A stretch of 64,000 nucleotides of DNA. Origin: a virus. The stretch is taken from IMG/VR virus record IMGVR_UViG_3300049595_004693, positions 14,804 to 78,803 of that record; one strand, given 5' to 3'. Both the position numbers and the translations under genes were made by a program. Positions 56,211-64,000 of the stretch are shown piece after piece. Within the stretch, counting starts at the first letter, position 1. Every line of letters begins with the position of its first letter. The notes under the pieces are model-generated. The model saw only the letters and a list, made by a program, of their open reading frames with translations, was not told the origin of the DNA and searched no databases.

Positions 56211-56825
56211 ATGATTATTTATAAAATTACTAATAAATTAAATAATAAAATATACATAGGGCAGACCACTAAAAAAATGAGCGTGCGTTTTGCGCAACAC
56301 TGCGGAACTAATAATAGCAGCTATATATCAAGAGCCATAAAAAAATACGGTAAGAATAATTTTATTGTAGAAGAGATTTGTTGCGCGAAGTCACTAGAAG
56401 ACTTAAATTTTTTAGAAATATTTTTTATCTCTAAACTGAATACGCTTAAACCTAAAGGCTATAATATTGAGTACGGAGGAGACAATATAAAAAGAGTAAG
56501 GTCTTCTATGTCAGGAAAACAACATTCTGAAGCTACTCGACTAAGAATGAGCGAAGCTCACAAAGGTAAGAAATTAAGTGCTGAAACCAAAAAAAAATTG
56601 AGCGTTGCTAGGAAGGGGGTGCCTGTTAAGCCGGAGGTTCTAAAAAACAGATCCAATAACTTAACAGGAATTAGACATCGAGGCAAAGAAGTGGTTAGTA
56701 CACAAAACAATCAAGTTTTTAAATCAATAGTGCAAGCTTGTGAGCACTTAAAATTAGCAAGAAGAACGGTCTCTCGTTGGCTAAAACAAGGCATAAATAA
56801 AAACATTATAGCATATAAGGAATAA
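56211..56825 (+). CDS. free-standing GIY-YIG homing endonuclease with NUMOD3 repeats
   Basis: IIYKITNKLNNKIYIGQT, GYNIEYGG, HSEATRLRMSEAHKGKKLSAETKKKLS. Confidence 0.92.
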   Translation: MIIYKITNKLNNKIYIGQTTKKMSVRFAQHCGTNNSSYISRAIKKYGKNNFIVEEICCAKSLEDLNFLEIFFISKLNTLKPKGYNIEYGGDNIKRVRSSMSGKQHSEATRLRMSEAHKGKKLSAETKKKLSVARKGVPVKPEVLKNRSNNLTGIRHRGKEVVSTQNNQVFKSIVQACEHLKLARRTVSRWLKQGINKNIIAYKE

Positions 56826-56828
56826 GAC

Positions 56829-58067
56829 ATGGCTCAAGTAGTTAAAAAGTTTATACAAAATAACGCAGTAGATGAAAATAAAATCAGACTAAGTAATAAC
56901 GCCAACCTTAAGGCTCGTAACGCAGCCAATAGCGCTGACGTTAGCATTCTTAAGGTAAATGCTTCTGATAAAATTGAGTTTGCCTCGGTGCCTCAAGCAA
57001 CTTCCGATGCGTCTGCGGGTAACGATCTTGTTCGTTATTCTCAGATTCAAAGTCTTATCGACGGTCTTAAGCCTAAGCAAGCTGTTCGAGTAGCTTCTAC
57101 CACAAGTGGTACGTTAGCTACTGATTTTGAAAATGGTGATATTGTAGACGGTGTTACGCTAGCTACTAACGATCGAATTCTTTTAAAGAATCAATCATCT
57201 CCATCAGAAAATGGTATTTACGTTGTTCAAGCTTCAGGTGCTCCTGTACGCGCCTCTGATTTTAATGCCCCCTCTGAAATTCCAGGATCCTATACCGTAG
57301 CACAAGAAGGTACAATTGGTCAGGGTGTACTTTATGTTTGTTTATCTTCTCCTGCAACAATTGGAGTAGATCCTATTCAATTTGCTGTACGCTCTATCAC
57401 TGCTCTTAGTGGTGGAGATATGATTACTGTTAGCGGAGGAGAAATCTCTGTTGATCTCGCTTCAGTGTCAGGTCTTGAGTCTTCTAATCCAGGTAATGCA
57501 TCTGGTGAGCTTCGTATTAAACTTGAAGCTTCTAACCCTACCCTTCAAATTGACGGATCTAATCAACTCGGCGCAAAACTTGATGCTGCCGGAGCAATTA
57601 AGACAGGATCTGGCGGTCTTGCTATTAGCCTTGAAGCCTCTAATCCATCTCTTCAGATTAGCTCTAACGAGCTAGGTCTTAAAATGGATTCTGCCGGAGC
57701 CCTTGAAAAGATCGCTGGTGGAGTGTCTGTTCGTACGGATGATATTACGGTTAAAATTAATGGCTCAAACAATCTTGAGTCGCTCAAACATTATGAGCAA
57801 AAAATCACTCTTAATAATGGTCAAATAAACTCACAGCATATTGATCTTGCTTTTGCAGCATATGGTGTAGATGCTAACAACAATTCTATTCAGTTATCAG
57901 TTATAGGTGGACCTATTCAAGAAAAAGACGTAGACTATACTATATCTCTTACTGGTGGTGGCGGTGGAGTAACTCGCATTAACTTTGCTGGTGATTTAGC
58001 TACGGGTGGGGCCGCTGCACTTGTACAGGGAGATAAGTTAGTAATTAGCTATAGCTATTTAACCTAA
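56829..58067 (+). CDS. head or tail fibre protein
   Basis: KQAVRVAST...VDGVTL..NDRILLKNQ..PSENGIYVV fibre domain; LEASNP.LQI repeats. Confidence 0.8.
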   Translation: MAQVVKKFIQNNAVDENKIRLSNNANLKARNAANSADVSILKVNASDKIEFASVPQATSDASAGNDLVRYSQIQSLIDGLKPKQAVRVASTTSGTLATDFENGDIVDGVTLATNDRILLKNQSSPSENGIYVVQASGAPVRASDFNAPSEIPGSYTVAQEGTIGQGVLYVCLSSPATIGVDPIQFAVRSITALSGGDMITVSGGEISVDLASVSGLESSNPGNASGELRIKLEASNPTLQIDGSNQLGAKLDAAGAIKTGSGGLAISLEASNPSLQISSNELGLKMDSAGALEKIAGGVSVRTDDITVKINGSNNLESLKHYEQKITLNNGQINSQHIDLAFAAYGVDANNNSIQLSVIGGPIQEKDVDYTISLTGGGGGVTRINFAGDLATGGAAALVQGDKLVISYSYLT

Positions 58068-58157
58068 TGATTATAAAAGCAAAAAAGAGATTATCCTTTT
58101 TTGACTACCGCCTGAAAGGGCGAAGCTGGCTCGGATGAGCTGAAGGAAACTTCAAAG

Positions 58158-58736
58158 ATGTCTCAGATTAAAACAAAGTATATAGCGAATAATCAGGTGA
58201 CCAACACTAAGTTGGCCCAGATGAACACGCTCACGATTAAAGGCAATAGCACTGGCGGTACAGCCGATCCACAAGATCTTTCAGCAAGTACTGTCACTAA
58301 TATGCTTGTTGTTTTTACAGGAGATTCTGGATCCGGTGGGTCTAAGGGGCTTGTTCCAGCTCCTAGCACGGGCGATGCCACTAAGTACCTAAAAGGCGAT
58401 GGTACGTGGGCCTCTATCCCTGGAGCTGGGCCTGGAGATTTAGCAGAAGCTAGTTTTGCAGTGAGCGCTAGCTTAAATAATACAACAGTAGTGGCTCTCA
58501 GCTCCTCTGTACGCTCGTATCATTTTATTTGGTCGCTCGCCAACACGACTTCTGATCTTTATGAAGCTGGAGAATTTAATATTATCCGTAAAAACGGATC
58601 TTATAACATCTCTTCTAATTCCGTAGGCGATAATTTAGGCATTTCTTTTTCTGTGTCAAACTCAGGAGATTTACAAGTAACCTCTGGAGCGACGACCGCA
58701 ACATTTAAATATCGTGCAATGGGCACGTCAGTATAG
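58158..58736 (+). CDS. fibre-type protein
   Basis: VTNTKLAQM..TIKGN and GLVPAP...YLKGDGTW fibre motifs. Confidence 0.78.
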   Translation: MSQIKTKYIANNQVTNTKLAQMNTLTIKGNSTGGTADPQDLSASTVTNMLVVFTGDSGSGGSKGLVPAPSTGDATKYLKGDGTWASIPGAGPGDLAEASFAVSASLNNTTVVALSSSVRSYHFIWSLANTTSDLYEAGEFNIIRKNGSYNISSNSVGDNLGISFSVSNSGDLQVTSGATTATFKYRAMGTSV

Positions 58737-58745
58737 TGAGGATTT

Positions 58746-59222
58746 ATGAGTTTATCTAGTCTCGATTGGACACAAGTTCTTAGAAGCGCCCACGACGAAG
58801 TTTCGGGCGCATTAAAAACCATCCCCGCCTCTGGATCAGTGACAGAAATCTCCCTATCGCATACTGATGGGGACAGTGTTCTTAGTTATTCAGCGCACGG
58901 ATCCGCCAGTGGGAGTGCTCCCGCAAGTGGATCTCCCGGTGACGTAGTAATTTCAGAAGTGGCAGTGTCGGGGTTTGATCAGGCTCAGCTTTTTGCTCTA
59001 TCTAACGGAGTCTTAGGTACTCCAGCTTCAGCCACCCTACAGATTAGCCCCCTTGCTTCTGGGGGTTTATGGCATAGCGTAGCAACGTTACAGTCCTCCG
59101 CTGTTTCTGGCGGCGTAGTAGCTACCGCAGTTCAATCCTTCGCGGCTAAGCGTGCGCGAGTCATTTTAAGCGTAGCTCCTGTAGGTGGATCTGCCGACTA
59201 TCACTTGGTGCTCAATGGGTAA
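58746..59222 (+). CDS. virion decoration-type protein
   Basis: Shared N-terminal LD..QVL motif; beta-sandwich-like body. Confidence 0.7.
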   Translation: MSLSSLDWTQVLRSAHDEVSGALKTIPASGSVTEISLSHTDGDSVLSYSAHGSASGSAPASGSPGDVVISEVAVSGFDQAQLFALSNGVLGTPASATLQISPLASGGLWHSVATLQSSAVSGGVVATAVQSFAAKRARVILSVAPVGGSADYHLVLNG

Positions 59223-59223
59223 G

Positions 59224-59676
59224 ATGGTATCAGGTACCCGAGAACAAGTAGATAGTCTTTGGAGCACCTCTGACGGCTCAGACCAAATTGTATTTACTGG
59301 TAAGGCTTTGCCGCTTATAGCCGATTACGTGCCACCCCCTCCGGTAATTATTGAAAAAGAACGCGTTGTTTACGTTGATCGTGAAGTTCCAGTGGAAGTG
59401 ATCAAAGAAGTGGAAAAGATCGTAATTCAAGAAATTCCTAAAATTGAAGTTTTTGAAATCATTAAGGAAAAAATTGTAGAAATTCCTGTGGAACGTATTG
59501 TTGAGAGAATTGTTGAGCAGCGTGTAGAAGTGCCTGTAGAAGTTGTTGTAGAAAAGCGTGTAGAAGTGCCTACAGACGTTATTAGACTTATTCAAAAACC
59601 CTTCTTGCCGTTTTGGGCCAAGGTGGCTATGGGGGTTCAATTGGTTGTTATTCTTGGCCTAATGCTAACAAGTTAA
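59224..59676 (+). CDS. protein with E(K/R)(I/V)VE(V/I)PV repeats and a C-terminal TM anchor
   Basis: Articulin/alveolin-like repeats; likely ATG 59224. Confidence 0.75.
   Translation: MVSGTREQVDSLWSTSDGSDQIVFTGKALPLIADYVPPPPVIIEKERVVYVDREVPVEVIKEVEKIVIQEIPKIEVFEIIKEKIVEIPVERIVERIVEQRVEVPVEVVVEKRVEVPTDVIRLIQKPFLPFWAKVAMGVQLVVILGLMLTS
59666..59675 (+). promoter_or_regulatory. late-promoter motif TAACAAGTTA
   Basis: Exact 10-mer overlapping the upstream stop codon. Confidence 0.7.
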
Positions 59677-59693
59677 TAAGAGGGTAAAAGTAA

Positions 59694-60056
59694 ATGGAAG
59701 AGATTAAAGCACTTCTTAAAAAGAAGATGAAGTCGGGCGACAAGCTCGAAAAAGGTGATAAGGAAGCTATGCAAGGCGCCATCGGCGGCCTTCGTAAAAT
59801 GGCTTCTGAGATGCTTGGCGAAGATATGGAAGGTCGCCTGCAGTCGCTGAAAAAGGTCACAGTTGCCGCTAAAGACAAAGAAGGTCTCGAAGAAGGACTT
59901 GAGAAGGCAAAAGAAATCGTGGAAGCCTCTGATGATGAGGATCACGAAGACGAAAAGTTTTCTCCTAGCGGAGAATCCGATGAAGAGTCGGCTGACGAAA
60001 TCGAAAAAGCCATTCTTAAGCTTCAAGAAAAATTGGCAAAAAAGCGGGCTGAATAA
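59694..60056 (+). CDS. highly charged hypothetical late protein
   Basis: K/E-rich ORF with GAGG SD. Confidence 0.75.
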   Translation: MEEIKALLKKKMKSGDKLEKGDKEAMQGAIGGLRKMASEMLGEDMEGRLQSLKKVTVAAKDKEGLEEGLEKAKEIVEASDDEDHEDEKFSPSGESDEESADEIEKAILKLQEKLAKKRAE

Positions 60057-60086
60057 CTGTAGGTTCGCCTAAATAAAGGGGAGCCT

Positions 60087-61064
60087 ATGGCAGGTTACAA
60101 GCCTTATCTCACATCTGACGACTTGATTGCTAGCATTAAGAGGCGGGCTGCTATCCCCGTTTCTCAAGTCACGTTCAGCAATCAGGATCTTTTAGATTTC
60201 GCAAACGAAGAAATGCAAATGGGCATCCTACCCTCGGTGCTTCAGTTGCATGAAGAATTCTTCCTCAATATGGAAGATGTTCCTCTTCAGGCGAACGTGA
60301 ACAAATACGAAATTCCATATAGGGCGGTTGGCTCTAAACTTAGGGATATCGTGTTTGAAGACACTAATGGTAACCTATACGAAATGGCGCGAATTTCTCC
60401 AGATGAGCGCGTCCATTATCAATTCGCAGATGGTAGCTTTAATCAAGCCTATCGTTTTTACATTGAGAATAATGCTGTAGTTCCTGTTCCTGGAGTGGGC
60501 GATAACGTCAGCGGCTCCTTTGTCATGGCTTATTACATGCGACCAAATCAGCTCGTGCTGAATAGTCGCGCGGCCATCATCACTGGAACTAGCGTTAGCG
60601 GACTAAATACAATTCTTCAATTGTCGTCGGCCCCGTCTAATATTGTCGATGGATCTGTAGTGGATTTTTTACAAACCGCTCCAGGCCATCGCACTCTGAA
60701 GTATGACTATACTTTTGGATCTGGTACAGTTAATCAAGTAAATAAAACCTACACTATTCCTACAGCCGATCTCCCCACTTCACTCAGTGTGGGTGATTAT
60801 ATTTGCTTGGCACAAGAAGCTATCATTCCACAAATTCCAGCAGAATTGCATCCGGTGTTGGCTCAGAGAGCGGCGGCTCGTTGCTTAGAATCTCTGGGCG
60901 ACACTTCCGGACTTCAAAATGCTAACTTAAAGCTTGCTGAGATGGAAGCTAAACTTACAAATATTATTGACAATAGGGCGGAATCCAGCCCTATTAAAGT
61001 GGTGAATTTCCACTCACCTCTCAGATACGGCAAGTTTCGAAAAATCGGCTACAACAGATACTAA
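60087..61064 (+). CDS. putative head-tail adaptor
   Basis: LIASIKRRA...DLLDFANEE start and IPQIPAELH..LA..AA end, typical of adaptor proteins; gene position. Confidence 0.65.
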   Translation: MAGYKPYLTSDDLIASIKRRAAIPVSQVTFSNQDLLDFANEEMQMGILPSVLQLHEEFFLNMEDVPLQANVNKYEIPYRAVGSKLRDIVFEDTNGNLYEMARISPDERVHYQFADGSFNQAYRFYIENNAVVPVPGVGDNVSGSFVMAYYMRPNQLVLNSRAAIITGTSVSGLNTILQLSSAPSNIVDGSVVDFLQTAPGHRTLKYDYTFGSGTVNQVNKTYTIPTADLPTSLSVGDYICLAQEAIIPQIPAELHPVLAQRAAARCLESLGDTSGLQNANLKLAEMEAKLTNIIDNRAESSPIKVVNFHSPLRYGKFRKIGYNRY

Positions 61065-61073
61065 AGAGGCTCT

Positions 61074-64000
61074 GTGGGCATCCAGACTCAACTACAAATT
61101 ACAGGACTTGAAACTTTACCTTCTGAACTAGGGGAAGGTGGATCTCTTACTCAAGCTGATAATATTGTTATTGATAGAGAAAATGTTGCCGAACCTCGTC
61201 GTGGATTTGAGTTATATAACGGAGCATTTGGAAGTGCTGGCGACCGTTCAAAGCAACTTTTTACTTATAAAGATCGAGTTTTAAATCACTATCAGAATAA
61301 ACTTCAATATGACAGTGGAACAGGCGCTTTTATTTCCTTTGATGGAAACTATAGCGAGCCAGATCCTACGCAACGCATGCGTTCTATTGACGCAAATTCC
61401 AACTTCTACTTTACTACTTCAGACGGGGTTAAAAAGATCTCAGCTACAGGAGCCGATCAGTTTAGCTCTTCTTCCGGATTTGTGGTGAACGCAGGTGGTC
61501 CTAAAGCTCTAGACCTCGAAGCCTCGTTGGTTAATCAGCCAGGATTTTTCACTTACGATAGTAAGGTAGCTTATCGTATACTTTGGGGTACTCGTGACGC
61601 CAATACGAATCTAATTTTGGGCGCTCCTTCTGAGCGAGTAGTTATTTCTAACTCTTTATCTGAATCTCTTGTAAAAGACTTTAATGATCTTCTTTTAAAT
61701 ATCGACTCCGCCGCAGCGGCTTCTAGTTCTGATATTTTTAATGATACTAATTATTTTCTTACGCTAAGTCTTCCTTCAGACGCAACAGCAGCAGACCTTA
61801 GAGTAAACTTGCTCACTCTAGCTGAAAAGCTTGACAAAGATTTTACAATTACAGAGCCGTCTATTACCACTGCTTCCGGGTCTAGAATCGGGCAAACTGT
61901 AGACTTAGTATTTTCTGCTGCTGTATCTGGAAGACTTGTTGCTGGAGATAAAATTTCTGTGGCGGGCTTTGTGACTCCGCTAGATCCTTTAAACAGTACC
62001 ACAGCAAATCAATTTTATACGGTGTCCGAAGTTACATCTACTTCTGTCAGCGGCGATAGTATTAAATATACTACGGCTACCAGCGGCACTATTGCTAATA
62101 CTGCTTCCATTGCGGGCGTAGTTGAACTTTATAATTTTAGATCTATTGAACAACCAGAAGAGCTTTCCGATAGTCCGACATTTGATCAACTTGACTCTCT
62201 TAGAAACTACTATGATAATCTTGTTCTCGAACTTCAAAATCTTAACACGCCTCTTGGACGCATTGCTCCTCCAGGTTACTTTGATGATAACCTGTCTGAC
62301 GATAGCGCTCAGGTCAAACTCAGCTTTTCTATTCCTCGCGAATTAAATAGTGGTAATATATCTTCATATTTTTATCAAATCTATCGCACAGAAGTTCGTC
62401 AAGGTACTGGTCCAATTACTCTTTCTGACATTGATCCTGGTGACGAAATGGGACTTGTTTATGAAAATAACGCTACGTCCGCTCAACTTGCTGAAGGATA
62501 TGTAGAAATTATTGATGAAACTCCAGATACGTTTAGAGGAGTTAATCTTTATACTAATCCTAACACCGGAGAGGGTATTCTGCAGGCTAACGAGCCGCCT
62601 CCAGTAGCAAAAGACCTAGCCCGCTTTAAGGGTTCTACGTTTTACGCTAACACTCGCACTAAGCATAAAAAGACCATTACGCTCTTAGGAACTACTAATC
62701 TCACAGATACAATTGAAACCAGTCTATCTCAGGTAAGTGTGTCTTCTAATATCGCATCTTTAATTTTTTCTTCTTCGGTAACAGGATTACTCAGCGCATC
62801 ATCCACAATCGCTTTAAGTGAGTTTACCGGAGCGGCGCTTCCTGTGAATGGAGTTCATACGCTGACTTCCGTATCCGGAGTTACAGCTCAATTTTCTCTC
62901 ACCGCGTCCAACTTTAGTACCTCGGCTTCAGCGGATTTTGGAGACATCGTAGAGTGCGGGAAGCTTTACATTAAGAGCGGACTTGTTACTAACACCTACA
63001 CCTTTGTACCTTCTGCTCAAGAGCAAACTAAGATTGAGTATTTGCCTGCGTCTAGTCTTACTTCCACTGGATCAGCCGACTATTTTACTATTAATGCCGG
63101 TAACGGTAATGGCTACTACGTTTGGTATTCAGTTTCCGGTGGAACAAACACGGACCCGGCTCCTACTGGACTTACTGGAATCGAAGTAGTGGTTAATCCG
63201 GCGGATTCGGCTTCCGCGGTAGCAGCTTCAACTAATCTAGAGCTTTTCTCTACTTTCGACTTTGCGGCCACAGGGACATTCTATAACTCTGCTACTGGAT
63301 ATGTGCAGTCAGCCTCAGAAGGTTTTACCGGAGACGTTCAAGATTTTGGCACAGGGTTTACCTTTACCGTACTTACTCAAGGGACAGGAGATAATTTATC
63401 TCTTAAGTACGTTGGGGTGTCTAATGCAGCTACTCCGGCTCAACGAGTTGATGATACGGCTAGGTCATTAATTAAAAACATAAATAGAAATACTTCTAGT
63501 TTAGTTAATGCATATTATCTATCTGGTGTGGCCGACGCTCCTGGTAAGATCAATCTAGAAACTGTGACCTTAGGAACGACAGCGTTCTATCTTAACAGTT
63601 CCAAGCTGTCAGTTGGAGAAAGCTTCGATCCCACTATCCCCACTTCAGGAACTACGGTTATTTCCGATAATGAAGTATCTCCTAATGCTCTTTACTACTC
63701 TAAAACAGATCAGCCTGAGGCGGTGCCGATTGTTAATAGGCTTTTCTTAGGAAGTAGGGACAAAGCTATTAAGCGTATACTAGCCTTACGCGACAGTCTT
63801 TTTGTTCTAAAAGAAGACGGTGTGTTTCGGGTATCTGGAGAAGGCCCATCTACTTTTAGTCAATTTCTATTTGATGGTACGGCAAAAATACTCTCTCCTG
63901 ATTCTGCCGCAGTGCTTAATAACCAAATCTATGTTTGGACCAACCAAGGTATTTCTCGTATTGGTGAGGCTGGAGTAGATACTGCTTCACGTGTTATCGA
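61074..64000 (+). CDS. large tail nozzle / tubular B-like protein; runs off the window
   Basis: Not in the ORF track; ends translated manually from GTG 61074: QADNIVID....EPRRGF at the start, LYYSKTDQPEAVP...LRDSLFVLKEDG near the window end. Confidence 0.75.
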   Translation, partial: MGIQTQLQITGLETLPSELGEGGSLTQADNIVIDRENVAEPRRGFELYNGAFGSAGDRSKQLFTYKDRVLNHYQNKLQYDSGTGAFISFDGNYSEPDPTQRMRSIDANSNFYFTTSDGVKKISATGADQFSSSSGFVVNAGGPKALDLEASLVNQPGFFTYDSKVAYRILWGTRDANTNLILGAPSERVVISNSLSESLVKDFNDLLLNIDSAAAASSSDIFNDTNYFLTLSLPSDATAADLRVNLLTLAEKLDKDFTITEPSITTASGSRIGQTVDLVFSAAVSGRLVAGDKISVAGFVTPLDPLNSTTANQFYTVSEVTSTSVSGDSIKYTTATSGTIANTASIAGVVELYNFRSIEQPEELSDSPTFDQLDSLRNYYDNLVLELQNLNTPLGRIAPPGYFDDNLSDDSAQVKLSFSIPRELNSGNISSYFYQIYRTEVRQGTGPITLSDIDPGDEMGLVYENNATSAQLAEGYVEIIDETPDTFRGVNLYTNPNTGEGILQANEPPPVAKDLARFKGSTFYANTRTKHKKTITLLGTTNLTDTIETSLSQVSVSSNIASLIFSSSVTGLLSASSTIALSEFTGAALPVNGVHTLTSVSGVTAQFSLTASNFSTSASADFGDIVECGKLYIKSGLVTNTYTFVPSAQEQTKIEYLPASSLTSTGSADYFTINAGNGNGYYVWYSVSGGTNTDPAPTGLTGIEVVVNPADSASAVAASTNLELFSTFDFAATGTFYNSATGYVQSASEGFTGDVQDFGTGFTFTVLTQGTGDNLSLKYVGVSNAATPAQRVDDTARSLIKNINRNTSSLVNAYYLSGVADAPGKINLETVTLGTTAFYLNSSKLSVGESFDPTIPTSGTTVISDNEVSPNALYYSKTDQPEAVPIVNRLFLGSRDKAIKRILALRDSLFVLKEDGVFRVSGEGPSTFSQFLFDGTAKILSPDSAAVLNNQIYVWTNQGISRIGEAGVDTASRVI

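Noticed and set aside
50805-56825. Introns around the GIY-YIG genes at 50805 and 56211
   Set aside because: There is no flanking non-coding room for a ribozyme core, and the neighbouring genes look complete.
58105-58157. Hammerhead ribozyme or c-di-GMP riboswitch
   Set aside because: CGGATGA...GAAA lacks the CUGANGA core and a stem II; the riboswitch consensus is not met.
1-64000. Stop-codon reassignment
   Set aside because: Genes are full length in the standard code and end in TAA, TAG and TGA.
1-64000. Naming the host (a Bdellovibrionota-like Gram-negative bacterium is tempting)
   Set aside because: Sigma54 boxes, lipoproteins and outer-membrane-type proteins support a diderm host with rpoN, but nothing in the sequence fixes the taxon without a search.

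Overview
This is a 64-kb segment of a tailed dsDNA bacteriophage (Caudoviricetes, probably podovirus-like) in the standard genetic code. I found no tRNA, rRNA, CRISPR array or integrase. 1-21.1 kb (minus strand) holds replication and early genes: family A DNA polymerase, primase-helicase, ERF recombinase, PD-(D/E)XK exonuclease, class II RNR, two exported serine proteases, a collagen-like lipoprotein, a lytic transglycosylase and an amidoligase + glutamine amidotransferase pair. 20.1-21.6 kb is a mostly non-coding control region with an AT-rich repeat tract, a dense array of sigma54 (-24/-12) boxes in both orientations, and G-runs. 22.5-35.4 kb (minus strand) is an accessory and metabolic block: nucleotidyltransferase, phosphoesterase, pyrophosphatase, ThyX and a GDP-sugar cluster (Gmd, ColD-type dehydratase, two glycosyltransferases). 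35.4-64 kb (plus strand) is the morphogenesis block: terminase, portal, scaffold, a major capsid gene split by a group I intron, endolysin, many fibre or decoration proteins, adaptor and nozzle. The most notable observations are the ten sigma54 boxes (two with a matching upstream repeat, eight packed in about 180 bp as a possible RNA polymerase decoy), an invariant late-promoter 10-mer TAACAAGTTA seen ten times, the capsid intron and the colitose-type sugar pathway. All calls were made by eye from motifs; no database search was run.
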